A stretch of DNA of 62,931 nt, filler included, from Sphacelaria rigidula (GCA_964200075.2; 8 parts of 8 records of this genome joined end to end with filler, not necessarily neighbours in it); one strand, 5' to 3'; shown: positions 12,401 through 25,546, counted from the first letter of the whole stretch. Numbers and translations are program-made. Notes: generated by a model from the sequence alone, not told the origin.

Positions 12401-13871
12401 GAAACAAATTGCCAGCACTCCCTCGGCACCATGATATCATTGTAGCAAACCACTATTCCAATATAGTGGGTTCCTCAGGAGGACGAAGCATTGTTATGTG
12501 CACCTGTACTGGGGCTTCTCGGTGACGTCCATGGAGAAATGGCTAAGCGTGATTTGCACGTGCAGGATTCCCGCCACCGCATGCGACACCATGAAGTAGC
12601 CCACGCGCGCCCACACTCCCTGCACCGACCATAGTCGTGAGTCGGGAATACGGGATTGGCGCGACAAGGCAGGGACGACAGAGGGGAGGGGGGGGTGGGG
12701 CGTACTCATTCGTTGCTTGCCTTCGTCGTTTGACCGTCAACCACGCATCCCTTTCGAGACGAGACACCGTTCCTACTCTTAATAGAGACACCCTCGAGCA
12801 CATCCCGTTTCTTTGTATACTTTACATCATGAAACTATATGACTTCTGCGTTCTATTGCTTTGCCACAGGGGCAGTTCTGTCCATCTACTTCCTCCTCCA
12901 CACGACTACTGGTAAATAAATCTCATTCTTCTTTCCGGCAGGTCCAGGTCCCCCACCCAAAATAGCAGTTTAATTTTTTTCGCGCAGATTTGTTTTCATC
13001 CCGATCCCCTCTCTCAATCCCCCGTATACAGGTGTTTCTCCTCGTCTACCTTGCGTCTGAGCGCTCATTTTCCCCTCATTTCCATTATGTCTCTTACTTG
13101 TGTCTTGTATCTTGCGCCTTCACCTACGGATAATATTTCGTCTCGGTTTCCTTCTGTCTCCTTCCATACTTTCTCGACTTCTTCATCCCACCTTATAGCA
13201 TGCCCTTTCGTACTTTTTTTTCCATACAGCCTCATCTACTATACCTGGCAATATCTTTTTCTACATGTTCTTTACGCTATATTACCACCTCGATTTCCTC
13301 ATGTCACTGTTTCAAGTGAGTACTTTCCCAACTTTGCTCTCAGTGCTGTATTACTCGTCGTTTTCGAGCATCCAAGTATCTTCTTAGCTGTTGCCATCTG
13401 TACTGTTCCCAACTTTTTCACCAATTTTACGTTCCCCTCCCATACTTCTCCTCCATACTCCAGCGTTGTTACGTGTGGGAGAGAGGGAGGGGGTACTTAT
13501 GATTCTGCATGCCGTAGCCATGAGACAATTGACCTCAAATCCCTACAAAGGCGAGGCGGAGCACACCGGGTTCTCGCCAGACCAGGCTCGCAATCAACAA
13601 GCGCGACGTGCCGGGAGCGGAGGGACCAAATTACATGAATCAATGGAAACTGTTCCGGAATGATTTATGCGGATTATCTCCACGAAGACACGTCATCACT
13701 TCATTTGTCTTTCCACACGATGAACTATCACACGGTACACGGTTTTGGGTGGTTATTCTTCACCTGCAGGTGCATGCAGAGGAAGGCGTTCCACGAGAAG
13801 AAAACCGCGTAGGCCGCCAGCTCGTGCACCCGCTTCTTCGCCCTCTTCTTGGACAGCACAAACACGATCGA
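9459..13871 (-). CDS. Front-end desaturase, sphingolipid delta-8 / delta-6-like, 3' part; exons 13871-13764, 12619-12504, 10401-10302, 9983-9822, 9527-9459 (stop)
   Basis: GT-AG exons join in frame to ...HVQITLSHF...QLNTTLDVDCYRWMDWFHGGLQFQ/ALHHLFPKLPRYNLR...TLVG*. The third His box is QxxHH, diagnostic of front-end desaturases, and the flanking motifs resemble sphingolipid delta-8 desaturases. 5' exons are absent from the contig. Confidence 0.9.
10505..12230. repeat. Degenerate palindrome filling a desaturase intron, centre ~11432
   Basis: GCATGCGGG/CCCGCATGC, CACCAC/GTGGTG, GATCTTG.GCC/GGCTCAAGATC, GACGCTGAACG/CGTTCATCGTC and ACATGTA/TGCATGT are placed symmetrically. Confidence 0.75.
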
Positions 13872-15824
13872 CTGCACGTACAGAAACGTGCGACTCACAC
13901 ACCTGCTTCCATCGTTATCATCACCCATCAGTGTGTTTGTGTGCAGTGGGGGAGGGGGGGGGGGGGGGGACTCATTTATCGCTTGCTTTAGTCATTTGAC
14001 CATTGACCCCGCATCCCTTTCGACAGGGAGATGGAGTGAAAATCGAACGGCATGGCGATGCGTTCAACGCGTGTGTAGCTAGGAACAGAGGTTATTCGGA
14101 TTGGATGCAGTTGAGTTTCAAGCAGGAAAGATGAAGGGGTCATATACTTTTCACGTGGTACAGCTGAGTTCAGGCACCATACGCCCCCCCCTCCCCCCCT
14201 AGTTTTCGGCACTCGACACATATTCACAGACTAGAAAACACCACCATGGAAGAACCCTGAGGTTCCTCCGTAGAAGCTTCACAAGTGCTCCAACAGATGG
14301 GGACAGCTTGCTGAGGGAACTGATGTTTTCCCGCACCCTTTCCATGGGGTGTTGGAGGTGGACTCAGGGCAACTCCGGAACTCAGCCGCCTCCTTTTCCA
14401 CACCGGTTCGATTGTTCTGGCTCGCGGTCAAGCCGTGCTAGTCTCACAGTGTGCGTCCTTATTGGGAGTTCCGGAACGTACTCTTGAGCACGTGATCCAA
14501 TTTCAGCCCTCAAGGGCAGACTACGACTGCCAGCTCAATCAGCTTGATTGGAGTCCCCCCCCTCTCCGCTCCCCCCGCCCAATTTGAGCCCGCGGTAGGA
14601 AGCGGGATGTGATGCAGTATTTCACTTGTAGACTACCACCTTATTCACACACAAACTAACGACTGACTACGACAAGGGCACGTCCTCCTGCTTTTACGGC
14701 TGGTGTCTGTGATACGCAACACTTAGCATTGACGGGGGAAAGGTACCTCGCACTTCGAACCGCAACCCATAGACAAAAAAAATCAAGCGCGTGCGCTCGA
14801 ATGGTCAGCGGCATCCCAACCACGGAACTGTACCCTTACTTCTAAAAATGAACGGAAAATCGTTACCATGTATGCGACACGTCAACACAAACCGCAAGAG
14901 TACGTTCTCATCCCTCCCTGGAAATGAAAAAAATTAAATCCAATGCTCCTCATGTGCACTATTTAGTTTCGCGACTGACATGAGAGGGTAGAAGAGGAAG
15001 TGTTGAACCGAAACCATGCATCGGCCCAGGAAGTCGTAGATCATGACCCTTTCGTGGTACACCGAGTACAAGGACTCGAAAAACTTGGGTGAGATGGCCA
15101 TGAACGGTAGGTGCTGGATGTCGGGATCTGCGGAGTAACACGATGAGGAACGAAGTGATCACTGCTGTCGTTTCAAGGCTAGTTCAAGTCGAGACACGGA
15201 GAGGTTTGAGAGACGAGATGAACAGGCGTTAAACAGGAGCTGAGAAGGAGTTGAAAAGGACACCGCGCCAGAATAGAGATGAGCATGATTGGAAGTTGCA
15301 CGACAGAATGTTAGTCCACGGTCAAGATAGAATCATCACAGAAGGTAACAGGGTTAACGTTCACGTTGACCAAGAGAAGGAGAAAGATAACAAGACACAA
15401 CAGAATAGGTGGAGGTATTTGAATAAGAATTGGGATATATAACGGGAGGTGATACCAGGACAGAACTTTCAGGTCCAAGTGGAGAGGAAAATGACGGGAA
15501 ACAAGTTTGCTGAATTCATACTTCCTCTGTCCCACAAGTCTGTATCGTTATGGACGTTTAATCGTGTGGGTATTTCAATGCTCACGATCATGCTACAGTT
15601 GGGCTCGTTGGAGAGATAACGTACAGACGAAGCTGACTGAGAAAAAAAAAAAAAAAACTTNNNNNNNNNNNNNNNNNNNNNNNNNNNNNNNNNNNNNNNN
15701 NNNNTTAATTAATTAANNNNNNNNNNNNNNNNNNNNNNNNNNNNNNNNNNNNNNNNNNNNACGCAAAGAAGCAGAGCTACACGATGAGGAAAAAGCCTGC
15801 GAGTCGGGGGGGGGGGGGGGCGGC

Positions 15825-16045
15825 TCGGGGGGTACTCATTTGTTGCTTGCCTTCGTCGTTTGACCATTGACCACGCATCCCTTTCGAGACGGAACCCCGT
15901 TCCTACTCCTATTAGAGACACTTTCAACATTCCGGCGCTCACCACGATTCTTCCATACGACACAAAAACCGTCGACATATCTTATCCCCGTCCCGTGTCG
16001 CCGTCTGTGGCCACCATCTATCTCCCAAGTATAGCCATCCGGGGA
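15825..16045 (+). repeat. Dispersed repeat family A (G-run GTACTCATTTGTTGCTTGCC...GACCATTGACCACGCATCCCTTTCGAGAC); other copies ~12690-12805, 13955-14030, 16735-16810(-), 19055-19140, 20530-20600(-), 22440-22480(-), 55154-55205, 62570-62785
   Basis: At least nine recognisable copies across three contigs, mostly intronic and variably truncated at the distal end. Confidence 0.85.
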
Positions 16046-16861
16046 CTCATGATGTTGTAGCCGTAGTCATAAAACCATGGACTTCGCATCCGTACAAAGC
16101 CAGGACGGAGCACGCCGAGTTTTCGCAATTACCAAGCGCCAAGTGCGGATACGTGTTCGGTGAGTCGCATGAAGGGCTAGCTGGGGGGGCAGGGGGTACT
16201 CACGGTCTTGCATGCGGTATTCGTGAGATCATTAATTGTTGTTTGCTAGCTCGGGGGGTGGGGGCGGGGGGAGTGGAAATTCATGTTTGTATGACATCCC
16301 GCGATTTCAGCCCCGGGAGGCCAAGAGATCCCCTTGTGTCAATAATTTCCCCATCGCTGCTGTGGAGCCAACTGTTGGGGCACACTTGCGCCACCTTACC
16401 TGAAAGCCCTGACACCAGTTCTCAGCCGGTCACCCATGGCATTTGATTTGTTCCACCATCTGTTTTGTACCTTCTTCTTCCCCTTCTACCCGCCCCGTCA
16501 ATCCCGGGTTACCCTCTACTTCCTACATATGTATCGTGCGCATAGCTGTGGTCATATCAGTGAATAAGTGAGTGTACAATAACCACTCATCACACGGTCG
16601 ATCAATAAAAAGTCCAAGACTTTGAACCAATACACGGACGGCGGGAGGAGAGATACCCAGCAGTAATATCGGGGGTTCACCGTCATCGAAGTAAGGGCCA
16701 GCCTGCGATATTGTTCCGAGATAAGACCTGACCCCCCTCGAGGTGCTCCGTCTCGAAAGGGATGCGTGGCCAATGGTAAAATGACGAAGGCAAGCAACAA
16801 ATGAGTACGCATCTCCCCATCAAGGGATTAAACACGTTTGTCAAATGAGGACAAGACGAAC

Positions 16862-19800
16862 CTCGAGCTTGAGGCCTTTTTTGATGGCCGTGCGGACGGA
16901 GTCGATGCGCCACAGGAGGAACGTCAGCGAGAACGGCAGGGGCCAGTACATGTGCTGGAATTTCCGCCACGGCTTGTCCCGTGCGTCGTCTGGTGCCCAC
17001 AACCATAGCGCGGGCTCCACCTGATGATTGTCGGGGGGGGGAGGAAAGGAGAAGAGGATGACAAAGACGAATAGGTATTGAGCGATAGTAGCCAGATCAA
17101 CGGGTATACCGTGTGTCATGTTCCAATGTGTGTGTGTGTGTGTGTGTGCGCGCGCGCGCGCGCGTATAAGCCACAACAGGGGAGAGTCAGAAAGTGATCA
17201 GCGAGGCATATTCGTTTTGACGCATTCAGCTTAAAATGGTCATTTACAGGGGGTAGTAGGTCGTCATACATGTGACGACCACTCCCTTCACCACCTCCCG
17301 GCCGCGGTGGAGCCGGCAGCAAACGTGCTTGTTGCTGCGTATGCGACATTTGCGTGAACTGATTGATCCCAATTGTGTGCTCATTTCACTCCAGCTCTCA
17401 CCCGTCCAATGCATGCTTGGCCGTGCCCGTTGGTGTCCAACGGCCAATGTGCACGACAGGCTTCGTTGCAATCGGGTATGGGTAGCTAGCTATACCTCCA
17501 GAGGTGCTATTTTGAGAGGTGGAAGATCATTTTAACGGACAGTCCACACGCAAGATCCGGCATCTTCTTTTGTCAACCTTCCGCTTCCGGGCACGTGTCC
17601 CACTCGAAAACGACCACCCTTGTGATACTAACGATTGTTCACGCCGAACGGATCGGCCATGCAGACAGTGGACATCAAACGGCATACTGGTGTATAGAGG
17701 CATCAGCCAACACAAGGTGAAAAGGCGACCAGAGTCGGAAAAGCGTGAGTTTGAATATAGAGATGACAACAAGTACACGTGTCTCCCACTGCACCCCTTC
17801 CTCAGGTCGTGTCAAGGTATATCAGAACTCCGGCGAAATCCCCAGCTCCCCTTCTACCGTCAATAAGGCTCCATCGTTTTATTTCGCCAGTGCAGTTTTC
17901 TCGGCATTTTTCCCTGTCTTCTTTGTGTACCTCATGTCACGCGATAAATGTCGTGATGATGTTCACGCATATAAAATGTACACCTTAATTTTTCCTTGAA
18001 CGTTTGGCCAACAAAATATTAGGCAGTTCAGTCATTTCTTGGGTGCCGACCTCCTAGGAGAGGAAAAACCACGTTCCACTGCCACCGCGACAACATACAA
18101 ATACAGAAGAAAGAAAAAGCAGGGGGGAAAACGAGAAAAGGAAGCTACTGCCCAAGACATGACAGTTTCGTAAATACCTGTGCATAGATTTTGAATACAG
18201 CAACTCGCCAGTGCTCTCTTTTGGGTTCCCCGGCCCTTTGACTTCTTCTGAGTCCCATATGCACAAACACGTTTACATACATAAATGCCGATGCGCTCGT
18301 TCTCGTGACTTGATTCAACCCACTCAGAAGTGATGGCCGCGTAGGAGTGGAGTGAAAATATATATATGCCAAATGTGCGGGGGAAAAAAACAAAAACAAG
18401 AAAGAGACGACAGCGCTTTCCTGCAAAGTGTCAGCGTACATCGAAAATTGAGGAAATGAAGGAAGGAAAAAAACAGAGGAAGATGTAGACCATGTACTGT
18501 GAGGCGACAACACCCCATCCCTCACCATGATGTCCTCATCAACCCCGACGACATTGGTGAAAGCGTGATGAAGGTTGTGCTTCTCCGACCACCACTTTGA
18601 GCTAAGCCCGCAAGTCAACGCTCCGTAGTGACGCATTGCGTTGCAGAATCTGCCGGCGGCCATCAAGCGCGCGGGGGGGAACACGGGGGGAAAGAAGGGA
18701 AAAAAGGCTAAGTACCGTTGTGGTACCAGCTACGCTTGGCCAGACGTGAAAAAGTTCTGGAGTTGTGGGTGACAAGACTAACTCATCTAATTCATGACAG
18801 CATAACATCAGTCGCCGCCAGAAGTTTTGTATTATTTCTCCTTTTTCTTCTAGAGGGCGGGCGGGAGACTTGGGACGGGTGCCGTAGATTTTACGTGTGC
18901 GCAGGAAGAATCAACGCTGAACAAAACTCCTCTCGTAATTCATGGATGAGTGAAATGTGACACATATCCCAGCACGATTTGAGTAGAAAATTCAAGACGT
19001 ACCAACGTGGCCGATTGAGTGGTTCTCGGGGAGCGGGGCGGGGCGGGGCAGCGGGGGGGGGTGTATTCATTTGTTGCTTGCCTTCAGTCATCTGGCGATT
19101 GACCACGCATCCCCGTCGAGATGGAGCTTCCTACTTCCAATGGAGAAACCAACATTTGGGTATCTCAACCGGGAGTAGAAACGGTTCTTCATCTCGTGAG
19201 GGGTGCGCGGTCAACGGTTAGATGGCCAAGGCAAGAAACAAGCGGGTGAGGCGCAAACGGTTACTGCACAGGCTAAGCTTCAACTTTCCACAGTGTGCCC
19301 TTACAGACATTTAATGCCGCCAGATTCATGTATTGTTCATCCCTGAGATGAGGCAAAATGAAAACCCAACCCGAACCAAACCAGGACAAGCACCAAATGT
19401 TGATCAGCAGAGAAATTAGTTTTTCCCTAGTTTCTTCCCTCATAAACGTCATCCTCCACACTTGACTGACTCACTTCCCCCGACCGTGGACCATGTCGTG
19501 CGCGTACCAGCCCCCCGTGGTATGCGCCAGCGCCATGACCAACACGCCCAACCATGGGTTCGAACGCGTCAGAATGATGCCGGCCGCAAAGGTGCCCAGC
19601 TGAGACGCCAACAGGAATGCATCCTTGTACCAGATGCGATTGAACCACCCGGCCTCCACCTGCGTGCGAGCGTGCGTGTCGTACTCCAACATGTCATACT
19701 CCACGTGTATGTGTATGTGTGAAAGACAGCAGTCTGCTACTCATGAGTTCGCTGTGGGTGGGTCAGGGGGGGGAGGGGAGGAGGGCTGCAACTGTCTGTA

Positions 19801-22268
19801 ATGTGAACCATACAAGATTAACCTTGAACCTCAAGATAGAAGCTACTTACGTCCCCATTTCGTAGACCATTTTTTTTATCTTGATACGAAAAAAAAAAAA
19901 AAAACATGGAGAGAAAAGAAGCACACAATGTGTTGGCCATCCTGCACGTAAGACACGTCATCTCATCATACAAATACATTTACTCTTCCGTAACTGCACC
20001 AACCCCTCCCCACACGGGGCTGTGATTCGAACTCCTCGTTCGTTTCACTCCTTTCCCACCTAACCCATACCCTGTCAAGGGAGGGATCGTGAGTATTCGA
20101 GGCATCTCAAACTCGGCTCCCGGTATCCTGGTTTATTCGCTGGCTCTGCGTTGTGTACTACTTTTTCAAGTGAAAGTGATCGCGATTCATAGAAGGACCT
20201 GACCTGGCAGTGAAGGGGTCTCATCATCTCATGAATCGCCATCCACTTTCACTCGAAAAAATGGTGCACAACAAACCAGGATACCGGGAGTCGACTCTGA
20301 GATACCTCGATTACAACGCTCACTCATTCCATTGTTCTCGTACCCCCAAATACCCCGCCCTTACTCATCCTGCAAAGGCGTGAGCAGGCGCCTAATCAGT
20401 TTGCTACGAATACATCATGACACCATCACGCTTGCTCCAGCTTGCGGACCACAGGCAATGAAGCGCCTTCAGCACGTACACTGCAGAACAGTTTTGACAT
20501 ATAGAGTGCGCACATCCTTCCCTCCCGGGTGCTCCATCTCGCAAGGGTTGCGTGGCCAATGGTCAAGCGACTAAGGCAAGCAACAAATGAGTACCCCCCC
20601 CTCAACCCTCCCGTCCCTATTTCTTGGTCGAGTTGTGTTTAGCGAATAGGTAATACATAGATATACAACTAATCAATTTATTGGTTGGTTGGTTTAATTT
20701 TTTTTTGAACAGGAGAAAAAAAAAACAATTTATAAGATATATAATTGATTCATTCATTGATTGGTTGTTGGGTGGTTGATTGAATTTTATTTTTTGGGCA
20801 AGGGAAGGACAATATGTCCGTTTTGTTCAGCGAATGTTTCCTCGGAAAATTTGTCTACCGTGTGACCACGGATGGATTTGCAGTGGGTCAGTTAATGTCA
20901 GTTGGTGTGCGACTGACTGTCAGTCAAGTCAATCCTTAAAAATCGCGTGAATGCATGGAGCATGGAAACACAACCGCAACAGCGCCACGTGGAATCTAAA
21001 ACCGTTTCATCCACCACACGGGAAATCTCTGGAGAAAAACGTAAAAAATCGTAGCTATTCTTTGCCGTATGTATGTGTGCTGAGGCTTCAAGACAAGCTC
21101 AACAAGATGCCTGGGTGACCGACCGGCGGACTCTGCTACTCCTTTCACCAATTATGTGGAAGAACACGAGCTTGTGACAGCGGTTGCCGAAAAAAGTCAT
21201 GAAAAATATATCCCTTCTTCCTTGTTTTTCATCACAAAACGCTGAAAACATATTGAGGGAAAATCTGCTCTGAAATTTCATATCAAAAACTAGGATTACA
21301 TCCCACAAAATCACTTGGAAAAAAAAAGAAGCCATCTATGGCTTTAACTTCGCCGCCTTTGCTGTGCTTGATGGGGGTCTCAAAAGTCACGAATCTCGAG
21401 TGCTGCAGGTACCGCCGCTTTCCAAAAGTTCCATCAGCAATGTCATCAGTATAAAATCAACCACAAGAAACACTGAGAATGAATCTCTTGCACTATCCAC
21501 TCATTCTTGTTCGTGTAATATTTTAGTTCCGAACAAACGGACCCGACACACCCGTAGATACATGTGTTTTTCTCCAGAGCTGGCTACAGTACCACGACTC
21601 GATGTATCTCCCACACGAGCCATACGGCACTTTTCTTTCAGTCACATTGAAAAAATAGTCAACTCAAGAGTTTATTTTACTGAACGTCCTAAAAAAACGT
21701 ATTTCGTTTCTTCCTTCTGCTGAACACGTTCCCTTGTCCCCCCCCCCCACCCCTTTTTTCTAGTCTTCCATCAAACACATCTGTCTTGCTAACAAACCCC
21801 CAAAATAACAGAACAACATGTGGACAAAAGAATTAAAAACAAAAAAACGGATTTTTCTCATCAATGCATGGCCCCCATACCCCACGCATTTCCTTTTTTT
21901 TAGTTATCTCCTGTTTTGTTCTACATTTTCTGTTTTTTATTTTTTTTCTTCGGCGAGTGCTTCAGTTTTGTTTTGTGTCGGGTACATCTGTCATGTTGGA
22001 TAATGACCACGGCTGGATCACGACTTCTGGGGAGTCAGTTCAAGTGCGAGAATCGATCAATCATTTCGGCTCTCATTCATCGGAGGCATTTTTTTTCTCA
22101 ACGACCGCAATACAAGCGACTCACGAGTTGTGCTCTGAAGGCCCTGAATTTCTTGGTGACCTCATTCGGCTCCACGGCCTCCTTTCCGCGCACCTTCGGC
22201 AGGGTTTTTAGGCGTTCAAACGCCTCATCCGAGTGGAACGCCGCCATAACGTCCGTCGCGTCACGTTC
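16862..22268 (-). CDS. Cytochrome b5-fused front-end fatty acid desaturase, internal part; exons 22268-22125, 19659-19475, 18649-18526, 17020-16862
   Basis: In-frame GT-AG joins give ERDATDVMAAFH (end of cyt b5 domain), His box 1 GWYAHDMVH, His box 2 WWSEKHNLHH, then TNVVGVDEDIM/VEPALWLWAPD...FQH. Both ends are missing. Confidence 0.9.
20097..20310. mobile_element. Foldback/MITE-like hairpin in a desaturase intron
   Basis: TCGAGGCATCTC...CTCCCGGTATCCTGGTTT pairs with AAACCAGGATACCGGGAG...GAGATACCTCGA. Inner AGTGAAAGTG...GCGATTCAT pairs with ATGAATCGC...CACTTTCACT. Confidence 0.75.
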
Positions 22269-25184
22269 CTGGAACAGGACACATATTCACACATTCACAC
22301 GGAAATAGTGGGGAAGAGGGGCCCAAACATGAAAAAAATGTCATTTGTTCCACCCTTCGACCGCCCTGAGCAACCAACTCCCGCTGTTGAATTGACATCA
22401 CTTTGAGCCCCCCCTTGAGCGCTCACAATCAATCAATCAATGGTCGAACGACCAAGGCAAGCAACAAATGAGTACGCCCCCTTGAGCGCTCATGACCCAG
22501 CAGGATGATTTCTTCTTCCTCCGCCGGAGGTTCGAAATCCTCGTCTTTGGCGGAACAGACAACCCCTTCACGTAAAAGAGGGTTCGGGAATGCCAGGCCA
22601 TTGCCACGCCCATAGTTCGTGTCATTTTCCATTCATGTTTGCAGACCACCAGTAGCTGCTCTACAATCGTGCCGTGACTCTGCTGTCGGAAGCGTCAACG
22701 ACAACATTAGCGGGATTTTGTACGAAGGCGTGCAGGGCGCCGCCGCCAACTCGCTCGCTGTGAGTAAGTATTGCATGACACGCAACAAGCTGGACTGCAA
22801 CAATCCACCTTGGCTGCTCACACCGCTTCAAAAGTCTACTGCGATGCTTTCGGTCCGAAAGTAAAAAATACGGGAAAAAAGTTTCAGCGCCCGGATGTCC
22901 TCCTAGGTCTCCCTCGTCTACAAAATTGCCATCCTCCACTGGATTGTCAGGACTCGGAGCAGGCAGCGGGCAGCGATATGATTAATTGAAAATACTTGTC
23001 ACACTAGAGTGTCTCATCGAAGCGGCTTCATGTGAAACGTATCGTAGTCGTCCTCCGACATGTCCCATAGGTGCCTGTGCAGGAATAATTTCCCAGAAAT
23101 GCCATGTATTGTCACTATGGTATTCATCTTCCAGCACATGCAATCCACATCAATGAGCGCGAGTTTTATCCATTACAGCTTTCATGTGCGAATACTTCTG
23201 CAGTACAATGGAAATACTATATGATGGGTGGAATTCAGCTCATATGCTTTTGGTACTTTGATATTCGTGCCTCCATATGTGTGACCTGGGCAGCGTTCAT
23301 GAATGTGCGACGGACAAAATCAAACCATCAATCGCTCGGCGTTGCTAACTAATCCTTCGAACACCTATACACGCGCAGCAAATCACGTCATGCCAAAATC
23401 AACTGATGCGGACACACAATCGCACCGGATCATGACTTCTGCACATGGGGGGTGAGTTGAAGCGCTTGAAAAAAACACGAAAAAGGGGGGGGGGGGGGTC
23501 CTCATGATTATGCATGCCATAGTCATAAGACCATTGCCCNNNNNNNNNNNNNNNNNNNNNNNNNNNNNNNNNNNNNNNNNNNNTTAATTAATTAANNNNN
23601 NNNNNNNNNNNNNNNNNNNNNNNNNNNNNNNNNNNNNNNAAACGCATTGGATCGCCGCAACTGCAGCGTCGACACATAGCTTCGGCTTCAACCCACACAC
23701 ACATCAACTTTCAGCTCCGTCAGACGCCAGGTGTGCGGTGTTGGGGCGCCTATTTTCCAAAAATACCGCCTCCATGTTATTGAAAAGGAATAACACTGTA
23801 CCAAATACGTGATACGTTATACGTGACAGCAGGGTCCGAGAAGTCGAAGGGCTACCTCTGCGCTACTGTGATCCGCGTGCTCGGCGTTCAGCACTGAAGG
23901 GAGCAAATACGGGAAAATGGTCCTACTAAGCTCCACCATGATCCGGATAAGTGCACCCACAACAAGTGAATATTGAGATGCCATGAGCTGTCAGATATAC
24001 GGACATTTTCCTTTTCCAGCAGTATGACAGTACAGTCCTGCGCCAAAACAATAACAAAAAACAAAACCTACCGGAATGTCCGCTCTACACGTGTGAATGC
24101 CCGCACTTGGTTCCCATACAAAAATCATTGCACTTTCGAGGGGGAACTTCGCTTGTTAATTCCTCGACCGTGGGTAAAGCCACCCCCACGAAACTTGCTG
24201 CACTACACTAATTCGACACAACACAGGCAGTGTGTGCATTGGAGAGGAGCTCCTTTCGGCCACCGAGAAAATGCATCCAAGCGAATTCCGATATCCCGTC
24301 GATAGGGCCTCACAGAGGCTATATCGCAGCCCAGATTATGTGCACTGAGTGAAGACGTAGGTGGACATGGTGCACTCAGTTTCACGTCATGAGCACCCGG
24401 GAGAGCGCAGTGTCGGCAAACATAGACTAGTTGTGGCACACCCTCTTGATAATGACAAGATGTATAAAAGTCATGCCGGTGTCGCCTGTATAGATGCTCA
24501 GTGGGAGAGTCACACTCGTACACGCCCTGTCGAAGCTGCAAGACACTGACACTCCGGTTACATGTTATGTAAACCACAAAAAAACAAACCCATGTGTCTG
24601 GATTTGACGTTGGGCGTTGCAACAGTCAGAGCGCGAGGGTATAAAAAAAACTTAGATTATGTTCCTGATTTATCCGTCTTTTTCTACGCAGGACTTGTGA
24701 TGGCTGCGTGCCTACACTTCTGTACACAATATCGTACACATTCAGAGCACGTAATTTTTCCCTTCTCTCCCTGCTCTGCTGCACCCCTTTCCTTTTTTCA
24801 GTATCTACTTTCTTTTTCGTACTCCTCTCGCTTGTCATGTTTGTTGAACACGATTGCGGCAAAGCTTCTCTAGCTTGCTCTTCTCCTCCACCCACCCCTA
24901 CTCGTACGCATTTCCTGCGTTCCATTAGTTGAGCCAGAATCTGAACGTGTTCGGAATTCAGCAGCTCAGGTTTCGAGAGTTGTGTGGGGAACATTTCGTG
25001 CGTGGAACCTGGGGAGCGTAGAGAAACAAATCGCGAGAACTTCGGTACGTTATCCGCTGGACGACTGTTTTTTGGTGTCTCAACACTTCAGTATTAACAA
25101 ACCTCCGTAAGTGACGAGATACACTCGACATTGCGTGCGAATTAACGAGAAGACAGTAGAGTTCAAGGTTGTGTGCTGTAACGT

Positions 25185-25546
25185 ACGGGTACGTTCTGTA
25201 GGGTATGATGTTCCTTACAGAACTTACAGAACTGTCGGGTACCGGTATCAAACTCTCAAAGAGATCACAGAACGTGTCAGGTACGGTATGGGGGGCTTAC
25301 GGAACACCAGTACCGGCAATCGGGTAACTCTTTGAAGGCATACCCGCACTCCGGGTTGGGGTAACGGTTTTGTACAGAACTCACAGAACTATCGGGTATG
25401 GGTATGAAGGTCTTACAGGGTTTACAGAACTGTCGGTTACCGGTATGGTAATCTTGCAGAGTTTACAGAATTGTCGGGAACGGTAAATAGCCAGCAAAAT
25501 ACCCCGGGTATACGGAAAACCGTACCCTACGAAACACGACTTTGGT
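25185..25546 (+). repeat. Minisatellite-bearing element built from ACAGAACTCACAGAACTGTCGGGTACCGGTATG units; second copy ~26240-26724
   Basis: Repeated degenerate units. Both copies end in a shared CCCCGGGTATA...CCGTACCCT...ACAC.AC.TTGGTA block. Confidence 0.8.

Noticed and set aside
13051-13638. 195-aa membrane protein ORF
   Set aside because: Pyrimidine-rich intronic sequence running into a family B repeat, with no motif.
22870-22939. GGHPGA as the missing cytochrome b5 HPGG exon of the desaturase
   Set aside because: The motif is HPGA, flanking b5 residues are absent, and it lies within a palindrome arm.
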